64,000 bases of DNA. It comes from an uncultured Nitrospira sp. GTDB lineage: Bacteria; Nitrospirota; Thermodesulfovibrionia; Thermodesulfovibrionales; UBA6898. The translations under genes were made by a program, and so were the position numbers. Within the stretch, counting starts at the first letter, position 1. Each line of letters begins with the position of its first letter. The DNA lies in the NCBI GenBank assembly GCA_963746295.1, contig CAVVAQ010000028.1, forward strand, positions 1-64,000, written 5' to 3'. Shown piece after piece: positions 11,101 through 21,886 of the stretch. The notes beneath the pieces are model-generated. The model saw nothing but the letters and a program-made list of their open reading frames with translations. It did no database searches and was not told the origin of the DNA.

Positions 11101-13831
11101 CGTAAATAGGGCCTGGGCAAAGCGTGTGCGCGCAGAGTGTGCTGCGATGGCGAGGTGCTGACCCAGACGCGCATCTTCCGGCTTCTGAAACATTTCCAGA
11201 ATAGAGGCAATCAGGGGAGGAATCAGGAAAATGCCGATTACCGACAAGGTCCAGAACCAGACCGGTGACAAGACTGTCCAGCCCAGCAGCAAGAGGAGCG
11301 TCAATGCCGAAGGCGCAAGACTACGCCGAAGATTGTCGAAGATCTTCCATTGGGATAGGCCGGAGAGGGGGTTCTTCTGAAGACGGGCATCAGGACCAGG
11401 GCCAGGCACACCCGGCAGCAGCCACTGCGCAATCTGCCAATCCCCGCGAATCCAGCGGTGCCTGCGGCTCACGTCCGCGCTGTAGGAGGATGGATATTCC
11501 TCGTACAACAGCACATCGCTCAACAGCCCGGCCCGTGCATAACATCCTTCCAGAAGATCGTGGCTGAGTATCCGGTTCTCGGGGAAACGTCCGTCAAGCG
11601 CCAGCTCGAATGCGTCGACCTCATAGATCCCCTTGCCGATAAACGAGCCTTCACCGAAAAGGTCCTGGTAGACATCGGAAACAGCGCGCGTATAGGGATC
11701 AATGCCTGGCTCACTCCCGCACATACGAGCATACCGCGACCGGTTTGTGCCCGGGAGACTCACCCCGACCCGGGGCTGAAGGATGCCGTACCCGGCAACA
11801 ACGCGCTGCTTGTTTTCGTCATAGTATGCGCGATTCAGCGGGTGTGCCATGGCTCCCACAAACTGCCGCGCCGAATCGCGCGGCAGCTGAGTATCCGTGT
11901 CAAGGGTGATTACGTACTTTACGTTTGATAAGACCCCTGTATTACCGACGACAAGCGAAAAGCTGCCACGTGCCTTGCCGCGCAGGAAGGAATTCAATTC
12001 CGCCAGTTTCCCGCGCTTGCGCTCGTAACCCATCCAGATCCGCTCCCCGGGATTCCATCGGCGGGGGCGGTGGAAAAGGAAGAAAGTATCGCCTTCTGTG
12101 CTCCCGTACTTTTTATTCAGCTCTTCGATCCTCTTCCGGGCCAGCTGCAACAGCGGCTTGTCTTCCGGAGTCGTTTCCTTGTCCGCGTCCCGAAAGTCGG
12201 TCAGCAGGCCGAAGTGCAGGTTCTCGTCCCTGATTTGCCAGGAACCGGACTTCCAGCGTCTCGATCAGGTCCTCGACGTTTTCAGCGCTTATGAGCATGG
12301 TCGGGATCACCACCAGGGTGCGCGATTCAGGGGGAATCCCTTTGGAGAAGTCCATCCGGGGCAGCGGATGCGGAGTCGCGAGCACGGTAGTCAGCCAGTT
12401 AACCAGCGCCACCGCCAGTTGGCTTGCGCCAAGCATCGAGAATATGCCAATAAGCCCAAGCAGCCAGTCAGGGGCTCCTCCAGCGTATGCCTTCTCCAAT
12501 AAGCTCCCGGTGAAAATCGCCGTAATCAGCGTGATCAAGCCGACATAGAAGAGCAAAGGAAACGCGTACACAATTCTCTGAAGAGACTCAGAGATACCCA
12601 GCCGGACCTCGACGATTCGTTCGAGCTGCGGCAATCCCTTGTCGATCAGGTAGAACCCGACATGCGCAGCCCGATCGTCCCTGCCCTGCTTGTCGTTTTT
12701 ATGGGCTGCAGCCTCGCTCGCAAGTCCGATAGCTTTGGCAGCCACCTCTCCTTCGGAAAGCCGGCTGCCCTTCGCTATCTTCTCCACCACGTGACGGTAG
12801 CGGTCCCGCGTGGCAAAATCCATCTTGCCGTAGACTCCGCCGGGATCCTCACGCAACACCTGTTCGACCGCGCTCATCCTCTCGACGAACTCGGGCCAAT
12901 CCATTGCTCCCAGAAACCGGAGGCTGCCGATGCTGTTGCTTATGGAAACCTGGTCGGCCGCCTGTTGCTGGTTCTCCGAATGCACCGACTGCTCAATTGT
13001 CAGGCCTGACTCGGAGAGCCGCTGCTCAATCCAGGTAAGCGGCAATGCCAGAGCGGGACTCTGTCCCTGCAATCGGCGGGTAAATTCCGCAATAAAGGAA
13101 CTCACCATGGGCAGGTCCGACCGCGCCATGTCCGCAATCACCAAAATCAGGCTCTTCGGGTCCTTCTCCGCTGTCTCCGTCATCTGGTCCGCCCAATAAT
13201 CAGCGAGGTTCCGGTCGATCCTGTCGGCAGCAATCCGTGCCCCAACGCGTCGCAGATTCTCGATCAACGCGAGACGCAGCATAATGGGGATGGCCCACAA
13301 TTCGCCCAACTTCAGGACAGTCACCGTCTGGTAGGCCGTAACGAAACTACTGAGATTTTCCGGATCTACCCGGCCATCGCCGTGTGATATCGTCTCCAGC
13401 GCAATGTCATATACGCGTGGAAGCCCTGCCGATGGGCCGTTCAGCAAGCGCGGCAGTTCCCGGCTGTACCCCTTCGGCAGGTGTCTCCTGGCCGTGCGGA
13501 TCTGTTCTTCGATCAGATAGAAGTTATCAAGCAGCCATTCTCCAGCCGGAGTAATCCGGCGACCAGTCGTAATTGCCTCAATCAGCAGGCTACGGGTGCC
13601 GTTCAGGATGACTTCATTGTCGGACAGCCGCGCCAGGAGCTTATCAGGAGCATATCCCGGACTCAGCTTGTGCGAGGCCGCCAGTATCCTGCCATGCTGT
13701 TCCATCTGGTCTCTGCTGAACAATTCCGAGCGCAGTGGCGGCTTGTCGTCGGCGTATTTTTTTGCCAGGCCGTCTCCGCGGAGGCTCGCCAGCAAATAAG
13801 GCAGGTTCCTGAGAATGGTCTTGTTGCTCAT
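5158..13831 (-). CDS. ndvB: Cyclic beta-1,2-glucan synthase (Cgs/NdvB/ChvB; GT84 + glucoamylase/GH144-like + GH94), about 2900 aa, several frameshifts
   Basis: [121 protein letters not shown] and [14 protein letters not shown], over consecutive ORFs. Confidence 0.93.
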
Positions 13832-14035
13832 ATTCACCTTAGAGGTCTCCTTCTTTCTGAAAGCACGTGGTCTTCTGTAACTCAGGTGCACCTATTTGAT
13901 ATTGTATTCCTATGCCCTCGCATATTCAATGCTGTCTTTTTGAAAATCCTCAGTCCTTCCGGCATGCTTAAAAACAATACTCCCAGGCTGTTATGAGAAT
14001 GGTTACGTAAGCCCCTGTTAAAAGGAGCTTGTGGT

Positions 14036-14359
14036 CTATTTATGGAATCCCTGCGAGGGAAAGACTCCTGCCGTGACAGCTCCGCATACCGTGAATGCAA
14101 AATAGAAATTATGTCCCATTGCGGGAGCCAATGCTATCGGATAGTTTGCATACATCCCCATGAGAAAGGTGGCAAAGGCGCTTGCAAGGCAGGTGGCCGT
14201 CATAACCGCGCCGAAATCCATACCTGCCTTTGAAAGCACCGCAGGTTGCACGAATATGATGTAGGAAAGTGTCATAAATGTGGTGATTCCAGAGACAATT
14301 TCCGTTTTTACCGTTGTTTTGTTTTCGCTGAGCTTAAAATACTTTTCAATGAACATCAA
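14036..14359 (-). pseudogene. NCS2/AzgA-family purine permease, only the N-terminal ~100 aa
   Basis: EKYFKL...TTVKTEIVSGITTFMTLSYIIFVQP and ANYPIALAPAMGHNFYFAF. Family similarity stops after GAVTAG (~14070). Confidence 0.8.
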
Positions 14360-14531
14360 TCATCCCTTAACGTCCGTGAATTGCAAATCGTAAATAGTCT
14401 CAGCCAAATGCTGTAGCAGCCCGGGTGTTTGCCAGTCGGATCAACAAAATTTCTTAATCATAATATCTTATGCCTTTTAAGACAAGAACTATTTGAAATT
14501 ATAGCGTTGCTGTTTAATAGAAAAAGCGGCT

Positions 14532-14963
14532 TCAGGTATTGTCCCTGTCACGTTTCTTTTTGTCAGGAAACAAAATATTTGCGATGTGATATCTGTTGTC
14601 CGCAAACCATCGATAGAATGAACGGCTAAGGATATCAGAGCCGGGAATATTAAAGAGCGCAGCAGCAGGGCTGTACCGTTTCAGACGCTTCAGGATTTCC
14701 GGCAGGACCTTTTCTCCGGCCAGCACCACGCCGTCAGGAAGGACAAGCTGCATGGCCTGCATGCAGACAGACTGCCCGACAAAGGGGAACCTTTTCCGTG
14801 CCTCCTCGGATTGACAGGGGATCATATCGAAGGCGTCCTTGCGCATGTTCTCCATGATCCATGCCACTGTCTTTTGGCAGACAGGGCATTCACCGTCATA
14901 GATAAGCACTGCGCGGCCTGGTTTCTTTTGCGCTTCAGCCACGGCTATACGCTCCTCCTCCAA
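14532..14963 (-). CDS. DCC1-like thiol-disulfide oxidoreductase (DUF393)
   Basis: LIYDGECPVC (DxxCxxC) and FYRWFADNRY. Confidence 0.85.
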   Translation of the reverse strand: MEEERIAVAEAQKKPGRAVLIYDGECPVCQKTVAWIMENMRKDAFDMIPCQSEEARKRFPFVGQSVCMQAMQLVLPDGVVLAGEKVLPEILKRLKRYSPAAALFNIPGSDILSRSFYRWFADNRYHIANILFPDKKKRDRDNT

Positions 14964-15116
14964 TTGTATCAGACAGGAGACAACAGCGCAGCCATTTTTT
15001 GAAAACCACCCGGGGGATCCTTTCTAACCCGGCTTTCTCGTCGCGGAATAAGGCGGGATAGGGCATTTGTGCTGATGATATTGCCGCAGAGAATGTTTCT
15101 CAGGCAAGCAAGGGCG

Positions 15117-15644
15117 TTAATCCCTGCCAAAGAATTGAATAGCGTCTCTTACTTTATCGAGATCAACGTGTGTGTTAAAACACGGTCCGTAAGGCCGTTC
15201 ATTCGGTATACCGAGGATAGGAAACGGATAGGTGTCCACCAGGCCGCTGGAGAGGTCTCTTTCGCAGGCCACTGCCACGATCGCTTCCGGCTTGACTTCC
15301 TTTACGATCTTTCTCGCAATCGTGCCGCCGGTAGCAACAAACAGATCAAGCCTGTTCTCTTCAGCCAGTTCGATAAGGTCCTTTATTTCGCATCTTCCGC
15401 AGCGTTCACAATTTTGAATATTATGGGTAAGCCGTATCGTGCACTCGCTTATCTGGATACAATGCGGTAAGAGAAGGAGTATCTTTTTTGTTTTCGTCTT
15501 TTCGGCCATAACCAGCCTGTTATTCAGGTTTATTACCGATCTCTGAAAACTCTCCTTCCTGTTTTTCAGAAAGGCGCTTAAAAACATGAGAAAGGGGTAA
15601 TATACCCTGAGTACAATCCCCCGTATTATCCTATAAGGTGTCAA
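15117..15644 (-). CDS. DUF116 family protein
   Basis: LLLPHCIQ, CERCGRC, VATGGTIA, VAVACERDL and GPCFNT; overlaps the fmt stop. Confidence 0.85.
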   Translation of the reverse strand: MTPYRIIRGIVLRVYYPFLMFLSAFLKNRKESFQRSVINLNNRLVMAEKTKTKKILLLLPHCIQISECTIRLTHNIQNCERCGRCEIKDLIELAEENRLDLFVATGGTIARKIVKEVKPEAIVAVACERDLSSGLVDTYPFPILGIPNERPYGPCFNTHVDLDKVRDAIQFFGRD

Positions 15645-16563
15645 ACATTGCCCCCGTCCTGACTTGTCGTCCGTGTAAGAAAGCTGCTGCGGTCATGGTC
15701 TTCTTCCCCTCAGGTCTCACCTCTGATACAACGAGAGTTCCACTCCCGGTACAGACATAAATATCATTACGGGATACCTCTCCTATAGCCCCGGCAGTCC
15801 CTTCCGTATTCTGATGAAGGGCCTTCGCCTTCAGGATAAGTATTTTTTCTCCATTCATATAACCGTATGCGCCAGGCCAGGGATACGTACCTCTTATGAG
15901 ATCAGCTATTTCCTGTGCCGACAGAAACCAGTTTATCCTGCCGTCCTCTTTCCTTAAAGGCGGGGCGTATGTGGCTTTGCCGGTTTGCGGTGCCGGCTGT
16001 ATCACCTTATCTCTTAATGCCCGGAGAGTCTTTATGAGAAGAGAAGCGCCGACTTCGGAAAGTCGCCCGGCGAGCGTGAGCGCATTGTCTTCTTCGTATA
16101 TATCCACCTCTTCTTTCAGGAGTATGTCTCCTGTATCCAGTCCCTCATCCATCAGCATCGTAGTTATACCTGTTTTTTCATCACCATGTATCAGCGCCCA
16201 TTGTATAGGGGCAGCCCCCCGGTATCGCGGGAGAAGTGACGCATGCACATTCACGCAGCCAAGGGCAGGAAGCTTGAGAAGGGCGGGAGGGATTATCTTT
16301 CCATACGCTACGACAACAATAATATCAGGGGACTTTGCAGCCACCGCGCTATAAAATTCAGTTGTTCTGATACCGGCAGGCTGAATGACAGGGATCCCCT
16401 TTGATAACGAATATTCCTTAACCGGAGGCCGGGACAGCCGGTGTCCTCTTCCTTTTACCTTATCCGGCTGAGTAACAACAGTAATAACCTCTTCCCCTGT
16501 TTCGACAAGGGCCTGCAAAGAGGGGACCGCAAAATCAGGGGTTCCAAAAAAAATTATTCTCAT
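15631..16563 (-). CDS. fmt: Methionyl-tRNA formyltransferase
   Basis: FFGTPDFA, VVTQPD, NVHASLLPRYRGAAPI and MDEGLDTGD. Confidence 0.97.
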   Translation of the reverse strand: MRIIFFGTPDFAVPSLQALVETGEEVITVVTQPDKVKGRGHRLSRPPVKEYSLSKGIPVIQPAGIRTTEFYSAVAAKSPDIIVVVAYGKIIPPALLKLPALGCVNVHASLLPRYRGAAPIQWALIHGDEKTGITTMLMDEGLDTGDILLKEEVDIYEEDNALTLAGRLSEVGASLLIKTLRALRDKVIQPAPQTGKATYAPPLRKEDGRINWFLSAQEIADLIRGTYPWPGAYGYMNGEKILILKAKALHQNTEGTAGAIGEVSRNDIYVCTGSGTLVVSEVRPEGKKTMTAAAFLHGRQVRTGAMFDTL

Positions 16564-16578
16564 GTAGGTATCGTGGTT

Positions 16579-17088
16579 TTATTTGCTCAGCTTCTGAATT
16601 TTCCTGTGACGCTTCTTGAAAAATTCCCGCTTGATCGGACTGATCCTGTCAATCAATAACAGACCCTCGAGATGATCTATCTCGTGCTGTAAGGCTATGG
16701 CAAGGAGGTCGGTCCCGTTGATTTCCATTTTTTTACCCTCTCTGTCCATCGCCCTGACAACCACCTTTTCAGCCCTCTTTACTGCCGCCGTATATTCCGG
16801 AAGGCTCAGACAGCCTTCCTCGAATTCAACCTCACCTTCATGACTCACGATAACAGGATTTACCAGAACCAGCAGAGGGAATTTGTCTTCTCTGGAACTG
16901 ATATCGATGACAGCAAGTCTTTTCGACTCACCGACCTGGGGAGCAGCGAGACCGACGCCGGGTGCCGCGTACATCGTCTCGATCATGTCGTCTATAAGCG
17001 TCTGAAGGGCTTGATCAAAGGCAGTCACCGGCAAGGCCTTCTGCTGTAGGACCTTTTCGGGATATTTTTTTATCTCTAAAATTGCCAT
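16579..17088 (-). CDS. def: Peptide deformylase
   Basis: GVGLAAPQ, EGCLS and QHEIDHLEG. Confidence 0.98.
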   Translation of the reverse strand: MAILEIKKYPEKVLQQKALPVTAFDQALQTLIDDMIETMYAAPGVGLAAPQVGESKRLAVIDISSREDKFPLLVLVNPVIVSHEGEVEFEEGCLSLPEYTAAVKRAEKVVVRAMDREGKKMEINGTDLLAIALQHEIDHLEGLLLIDRISPIKREFFKKRHRKIQKLSK

Positions 17089-17204
17089 ACATAATTATAA
17101 AACATTTTGCCCTCCCCGGTCGATAAATGGATAGTGAACAATTTCCCTGTTCCGATACATAATCAAAGTGGAATAAGGCAGGATAGAGTATTTGAACAGA
17201 CTCT

Positions 17205-17228
17205 CTTGCCTGCCGGCAGGCAGGCAGG
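17205..17228. repeat. GC-rich palindrome TGCCTGCCGGCAGGCA with extra CAGG units
   Basis: Perfect 16-bp palindrome at 17207-17222 in the def/rsmB intergenic region. Confidence 0.7.
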
Positions 17229-17491
17229 TATTCCTGCAGCAGATATTTCTGAGATCAGGAGGCAAAAGCCTTGAATCCCGGCGAGTCGCTGAGGAGGCCG
17301 AGCGAGAGCGAAAATGCTCTGGCCAGCATTATGCTACAATGATGTATGAATAATATGGTTTAACACATCTCAAAATGGTACTATTACGGGTAACGATTCC
17401 AGGTGCTTAATTTTTTATCCGGAGATCAGACCTTCTGCAAGACCTGGAAACAACGGCACTATCTTTACAGAAAAAGGAAACATCCTCTTAC

Positions 17492-18826
17492 ATGTCTGAC
17501 GCACGGTTTCTTGCGATAAAATCACTCCTGGAGATAATCAAACGGGGCAAACGGCCCAGGCAATCCCTTGATGATATCGCTTCATCTCTCGACAAACGGG
17601 ACCGCTCCTTTCATAGGGAAATTGTTTACGGTGTATTGCGATACAGGGATACGATTGACTGGATACTCAAGCATTTTCTGAAGAATCCTGCCCGCCTGGG
17701 GGATTTCACCCGCAACAACCTCAGGGTCGCCATATACCAGATCTTTTTCATGCGGGTCCCTGATTGGGCGGTTGTCAATGAATCCGTTGAGATCGAAAAG
17801 GGGAAATCAGCAAACACTTTCGCTGCCCGGAAAGCTTCGCTGGTAAATGCGGTCTTGAGAAACGCATTACGGCAGAAAGAAATTTTTTCCCCTCCGCTTA
17901 AGCTGGACGATCCTGTCGAAGCCATGGCGATCAATACCTCGCATCCGAAATGGCTCATACAGAGATGGATTGAAAGATTCGGCATGGACGATGCCTTACT
18001 GTTTGTTCTGGCGAATAATAAAGTCCAGCCGTTCAGTATCAGGACAAATACCCTGAGAACCGGCAGAGACGGGCTTCTCGACGTTATGAGAGAGAACAGC
18101 ATAGCGGGAGAACCAACCCTCTTCTCACCAGACGGGATAACCCTGAAAGAGATGCTTTCCTACGCCGACCTGAACTGTATCCATGGCCTATTTGCGGTAC
18201 AGGATGAAGCTTCCCAGCTTATTACGTATCTTCTCGACCCAAAACCCGGAGAGAGAATCCTCGACGCATGCGCAGCACCCGGAGGAAAAACCTCTCATAT
18301 CGCGCAATGCATGCATGATAGGGGCAAGATAATCGCCGTTGAAAAAGATCCGAAAAGGATCTGCAAGCTGGAAGAAAATCTTGGCCTGCTCGGCATCCGT
18401 TCAGTGGCCATAATCAATGCTGACGTGACCGACCTCAAATTCACGGATATGGGAACATTCGATAAAATTCTTGTTGATGCACCGTGTTCCTCCCTGGGCG
18501 TTATAAGAAAAAATCCGGATATCAAATACAAAAATACGTATACGGACCTGCTGAACAACAGCATAAAACAACTCGCACTGCTCAAAGCAGCATCGCGTTT
18601 TTTGGCAGAAAAGGGAAAACTGGTATATTCCGTATGTTCTACGGAACCTGAGGAGGGCGAGCTGGTCGTGAGAGAGTTCTTGAAGACCGAAACTGATTTT
18701 TGTATTATAGAGGAAGTTCAAAATGACTTCCTGCTTCCTTTTATGGATAAAGGAATGTTCAGAACGTATCCTTACAAATACAATATGGACGGTTTTTTTG
18801 GAGTAGCCCTGTGCAAAAACAGATGA
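17492..18826 (+). CDS. rsmB: 16S rRNA m5C967 methyltransferase (Sun)
   Basis: NusB-like N-terminus, VQDEASQ, LDACAAPGGKT, DAPCS and YSVCS; divergent from def-fmt. Confidence 0.95.
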   Translation: MSDARFLAIKSLLEIIKRGKRPRQSLDDIASSLDKRDRSFHREIVYGVLRYRDTIDWILKHFLKNPARLGDFTRNNLRVAIYQIFFMRVPDWAVVNESVEIEKGKSANTFAARKASLVNAVLRNALRQKEIFSPPLKLDDPVEAMAINTSHPKWLIQRWIERFGMDDALLFVLANNKVQPFSIRTNTLRTGRDGLLDVMRENSIAGEPTLFSPDGITLKEMLSYADLNCIHGLFAVQDEASQLITYLLDPKPGERILDACAAPGGKTSHIAQCMHDRGKIIAVEKDPKRICKLEENLGLLGIRSVAIINADVTDLKFTDMGTFDKILVDAPCSSLGVIRKNPDIKYKNTYTDLLNNSIKQLALLKAASRFLAEKGKLVYSVCSTEPEEGELVVREFLKTETDFCIIEEVQNDFLLPFMDKGMFRTYPYKYNMDGFFGVALCKNR

Positions 18827-19521
18827 GCAGCTTTCTCAAGATACCCCTTTTGTTTGCCTTGTTTATTCTGCTCGGCCTCTCTTTCGGTTTCATTACATTT
18901 AAAATACTGAGTTTCAGCAGAACAGTTGAAGTCCCTGCTCTGGAGAATCTGAGCATGGTGGAGGCGAACGAGTTATTAAATAAAGCGGGCCTTTATCTGA
19001 AAATAGAGGGGGAAGATTTTGATCTGGCCATTCAGGCCGGACGGATAATACGACAGGATATTCCTCCCGGCAATACGGTAAAATCAAAGCGGGCGATCAG
19101 GGTAATTGTCAGCAAAGGTCCGCGGGTATCATCCCTCCCCCTGCTTGTTCAAAAAACGCTTCCCGAGGCGGAGTCCCAGCTCATACAGCAGGGACTGACC
19201 ATAGGAAAAGTCATCTATGTGCATTCGGATTCGGTCGCTCAGGGGAAAGTCATTGCTCAAAAACCCGAGCCTCACGAGAGATTAAGCGACCAGATAACCG
19301 TTCTTGTCAGTCTTGGCCCTCATGAGCTGCTCTATTACTGTCCGGATTTCCTGAATAAAAGCATAGAAACCGCAAAAGAGACGGCTGAAACTATCGGGCT
19401 GGTGTTTGAAACAAAAGGAACCGGAAATATGATCAGCGCTCAGAAACCAAAACCGGGTTCATTACTTAAAAATACCGACAAAATACTTCTTGAACTGAAA
19501 GAGGGTACCGTCAATGATTAG
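18823..19521 (+). CDS. Membrane-anchored PASTA-domain protein
   Basis: N-terminal TM helix followed by about three PASTA-like repeats (VEVPAL...IIRQDIPPG; VIAQKP; ISAQKPKPG). Confidence 0.85.
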   Translation: MSSFLKIPLLFALFILLGLSFGFITFKILSFSRTVEVPALENLSMVEANELLNKAGLYLKIEGEDFDLAIQAGRIIRQDIPPGNTVKSKRAIRVIVSKGPRVSSLPLLVQKTLPEAESQLIQQGLTIGKVIYVHSDSVAQGKVIAQKPEPHERLSDQITVLVSLGPHELLYYCPDFLNKSIETAKETAETIGLVFETKGTGNMISAQKPKPGSLLKNTDKILLELKEGTVND

Positions 19522-20173
19522 GATCGCTCCGTCAATACTTTCTGCAAATTTTGTAAGGCTGGAAGAAGAAATTCAGGCCGCTGAAAAGGCCGGTGCTCAT
19601 ATGCTGCATATAGATGTAATGGATGGTCATTTCGTACCCAATATTACTATCGGATACGGCGTTGTGGCAGCGATCAGGAAAATAACCAAACTTCCTCTGG
19701 ATGTGCATTTGATGATCGAAAACCCTGACACCTTTGTGAAGGAATTCGCGGATGCGGGGGCTGATATTCTGACTGTTCACGCTGAAGCATCCACCCATCT
19801 CCACAGGACAATTCAGTACATTAAGCAGCTCGGGGTGCAGGCAGGGGTGTCGTTGAATCCGGCAACGCCTGTTGTACAACTCGAAAATATTCTATCAGAG
19901 ATAGATCTCGTGCTCCTGATGTCGGTAAACCCCGGTTTCGGGGGACAGGAATTTATACCGTTCACCCTTGATAAAATAAAAGCGGTCAAACAGATGTCAG
20001 CAGGGAGAGGGAGAACACCCTTCATCGAGGTAGACGGGGGCGTGAAAATTGATAATGCCAAAAGAATAGTTGACGCAGGTGCCGATATTCTCGTTATGGG
20101 CTCCGCTTTTTTCAACTCAGATAATTATTCAAAAACCATGGAGAAGCTGAATGAAACACTCGGAAACAAATAA
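19514..20173 (+). CDS. rpe: Ribulose-phosphate 3-epimerase
   Basis: IAPSILSA, HIDVMDGHFVPN, MSVNPGFGGQ and EVDGG. Confidence 0.98.
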   Translation: MIRIAPSILSANFVRLEEEIQAAEKAGAHMLHIDVMDGHFVPNITIGYGVVAAIRKITKLPLDVHLMIENPDTFVKEFADAGADILTVHAEASTHLHRTIQYIKQLGVQAGVSLNPATPVVQLENILSEIDLVLLMSVNPGFGGQEFIPFTLDKIKAVKQMSAGRGRTPFIEVDGGVKIDNAKRIVDAGADILVMGSAFFNSDNYSKTMEKLNETLGNK

Positions 20174-21236
20174 ACTGGTTGAAAAGGCCGAAGCGCTGAG
20201 GCAAAAAAGCCGCTATTCGGAATCGTTGGAACTCTTCAAGAAGGCTTTGAAGGCTTCTGCTGCATTGCGGGACATCAGCACGGTTCTGGAATGTCAGCTC
20301 TCCATCGGAGACGTATGCAGGATGATAGGGGATTTCGACGGCGCAAAGAAATCTTATGAAGCTGCAATAAGAACCGCGAAGAAACTGGAAGACAACCCTT
20401 CTGTCGCCGATGCCCGGATAGGGATCGGCCTCTCCTTACGAGCTCAGGGAGACTGGAAAAGCGCCCTGAAGATGATTTCCTCGGCCAGAGATTTTTATCA
20501 ATCTGCCGGAGACCGGCACGGGGTAGCGTTTTCTCTCTGGGCCATTGCGGGTTCTTTAAGGATCAGGGGAGATATCGGGGATGCCATCGATACGTTCAGG
20601 CAGGCTCTGAGGGCCTTTAAAGCACTGAAACAGGAATCAGCCATCGGATACTGCCTGTGTGGTCTCGGAGGGACTTCAAGAATCGCGGGACTGTTTAAAG
20701 ATTCCCTGCGCTACTACAACCAGGCCAACGCCCTGTTTGCCGGCATGAAAGACATCTTCGGAACAGCATATTCATACTGCGGTATAGGCAATGCCTACAG
20801 AATGCTCGGTGACTACAGGAACGCACTGCGACATTTCAACAAGGCCTCATCCCTCTATATTAAAATCGGAGACAGGGTAAGCTATGCCTACACGCTCTGG
20901 AGCATGGGGACAACCTACAAGATGTTGGGAGATTACCGGAATGCCACTGAATTTTTTACTGTATCACAAAACCTTTTCAAACAGACAAAGGATCCGCGGG
21001 GCCTTATTTATTGCAGGCTCGGCTTTGGAGAGATAGCGCTTCTCGAAGGGAGAAAAAAACAGGCGGAGAAATATTTCAGGATTTCCGTCGAAGATGCAGG
21101 GAAGTATGGGTTCAAAGTTGAAAAGTGCCATGCCGAACTTTTGTATTCCTGTCTCTCCGGAAAAACAGTTACCGCCTGCTATAATAAACTGGGACTCGCC
21201 TTGAGCTTCCAGACAGCACCGTTTAATTTGCCGTAG
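20151..21236 (+). CDS. Tetratricopeptide repeat protein
   Basis: About 40-aa repeats such as GD..G.AYS...IG..Y...GDY..AL..F. Confidence 0.85.
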   Translation: MKHSETNKLVEKAEALRQKSRYSESLELFKKALKASAALRDISTVLECQLSIGDVCRMIGDFDGAKKSYEAAIRTAKKLEDNPSVADARIGIGLSLRAQGDWKSALKMISSARDFYQSAGDRHGVAFSLWAIAGSLRIRGDIGDAIDTFRQALRAFKALKQESAIGYCLCGLGGTSRIAGLFKDSLRYYNQANALFAGMKDIFGTAYSYCGIGNAYRMLGDYRNALRHFNKASSLYIKIGDRVSYAYTLWSMGTTYKMLGDYRNATEFFTVSQNLFKQTKDPRGLIYCRLGFGEIALLEGRKKQAEKYFRISVEDAGKYGFKVEKCHAELLYSCLSGKTVTACYNKLGLALSFQTAPFNLP

Positions 21237-21343
21237 CAGTTCCGGTACGGGGGACATTGAGGGAGAAAAAGCTTGGAGATACTGTTTTGTTTAAGGATTG
21301 TACCCTTCTCTTGCCGCATCACATTCCACCGGGGAGGCATGGT

Positions 21344-21886
21344 TTGAAGATCCTGAACATTCCGAATACCCTGACTATTGCGCGAATAGTTCTTATACCG
21401 GTTCTTATAACTGCCGTCATATATGATCAATACCGGTACGCACTCTACCTCTTTGTGATCGCAGCGTTAACAGATATGCTTGACGGCCTCTTCGCGAGGC
21501 TCACCAACCAGAAAACACCGCTCGGGACGTTTCTGGACCCCCTGGCCGACAAATTTCTCCTTGTATCATCATTCATCATTTTTACGGTGTATGGGTGGAT
21601 ACCGAAATGGTTCGCAATTGTAGTCATCAGCAGGGACATAATCGTTCTGATCGGGTGCTTTCTGCTGTACATGATCACAAACTCCCTCAAAGTCGAGCCT
21701 GTTCTGCTCGGCAAGGCAGCCATAGCCCTGGAGCTGCTCATCCTTGCCTATGTCTTGCTGAAAATAAACATTATTACCCTGCCGCCAGTGCATAATGGCT
21801 TTTTTATACTCTCTGCCGCACTTACGGCAATATCAGGTCTTCAATATATCTATAAAGGATTTACCCTCACAAATGTCCACCCATAA
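21344..21886 (+). CDS. pgsA: CDP-alcohol phosphatidyltransferase (PgsA-like)
   Basis: NIPNTLT and TDMLDGLFAR...GTFLDPLADK; TTG start behind GGGGAGG. Confidence 0.85.
   Translation: MKILNIPNTLTIARIVLIPVLITAVIYDQYRYALYLFVIAALTDMLDGLFARLTNQKTPLGTFLDPLADKFLLVSSFIIFTVYGWIPKWFAIVVISRDIIVLIGCFLLYMITNSLKVEPVLLGKAAIALELLILAYVLLKINIITLPPVHNGFFILSAALTAISGLQYIYKGFTLTNVHP

Noticed and set aside
14360..14460. Possible purine/ZTP/c-di-GMP riboswitch upstream of the NCS2 permease (GACTGGCAAAC, CTAC, GACTA fragments)
   Set aside because: The fragments do not assemble into the required stems or spacing of any of these aptamers by eye. A cmscan would settle it.
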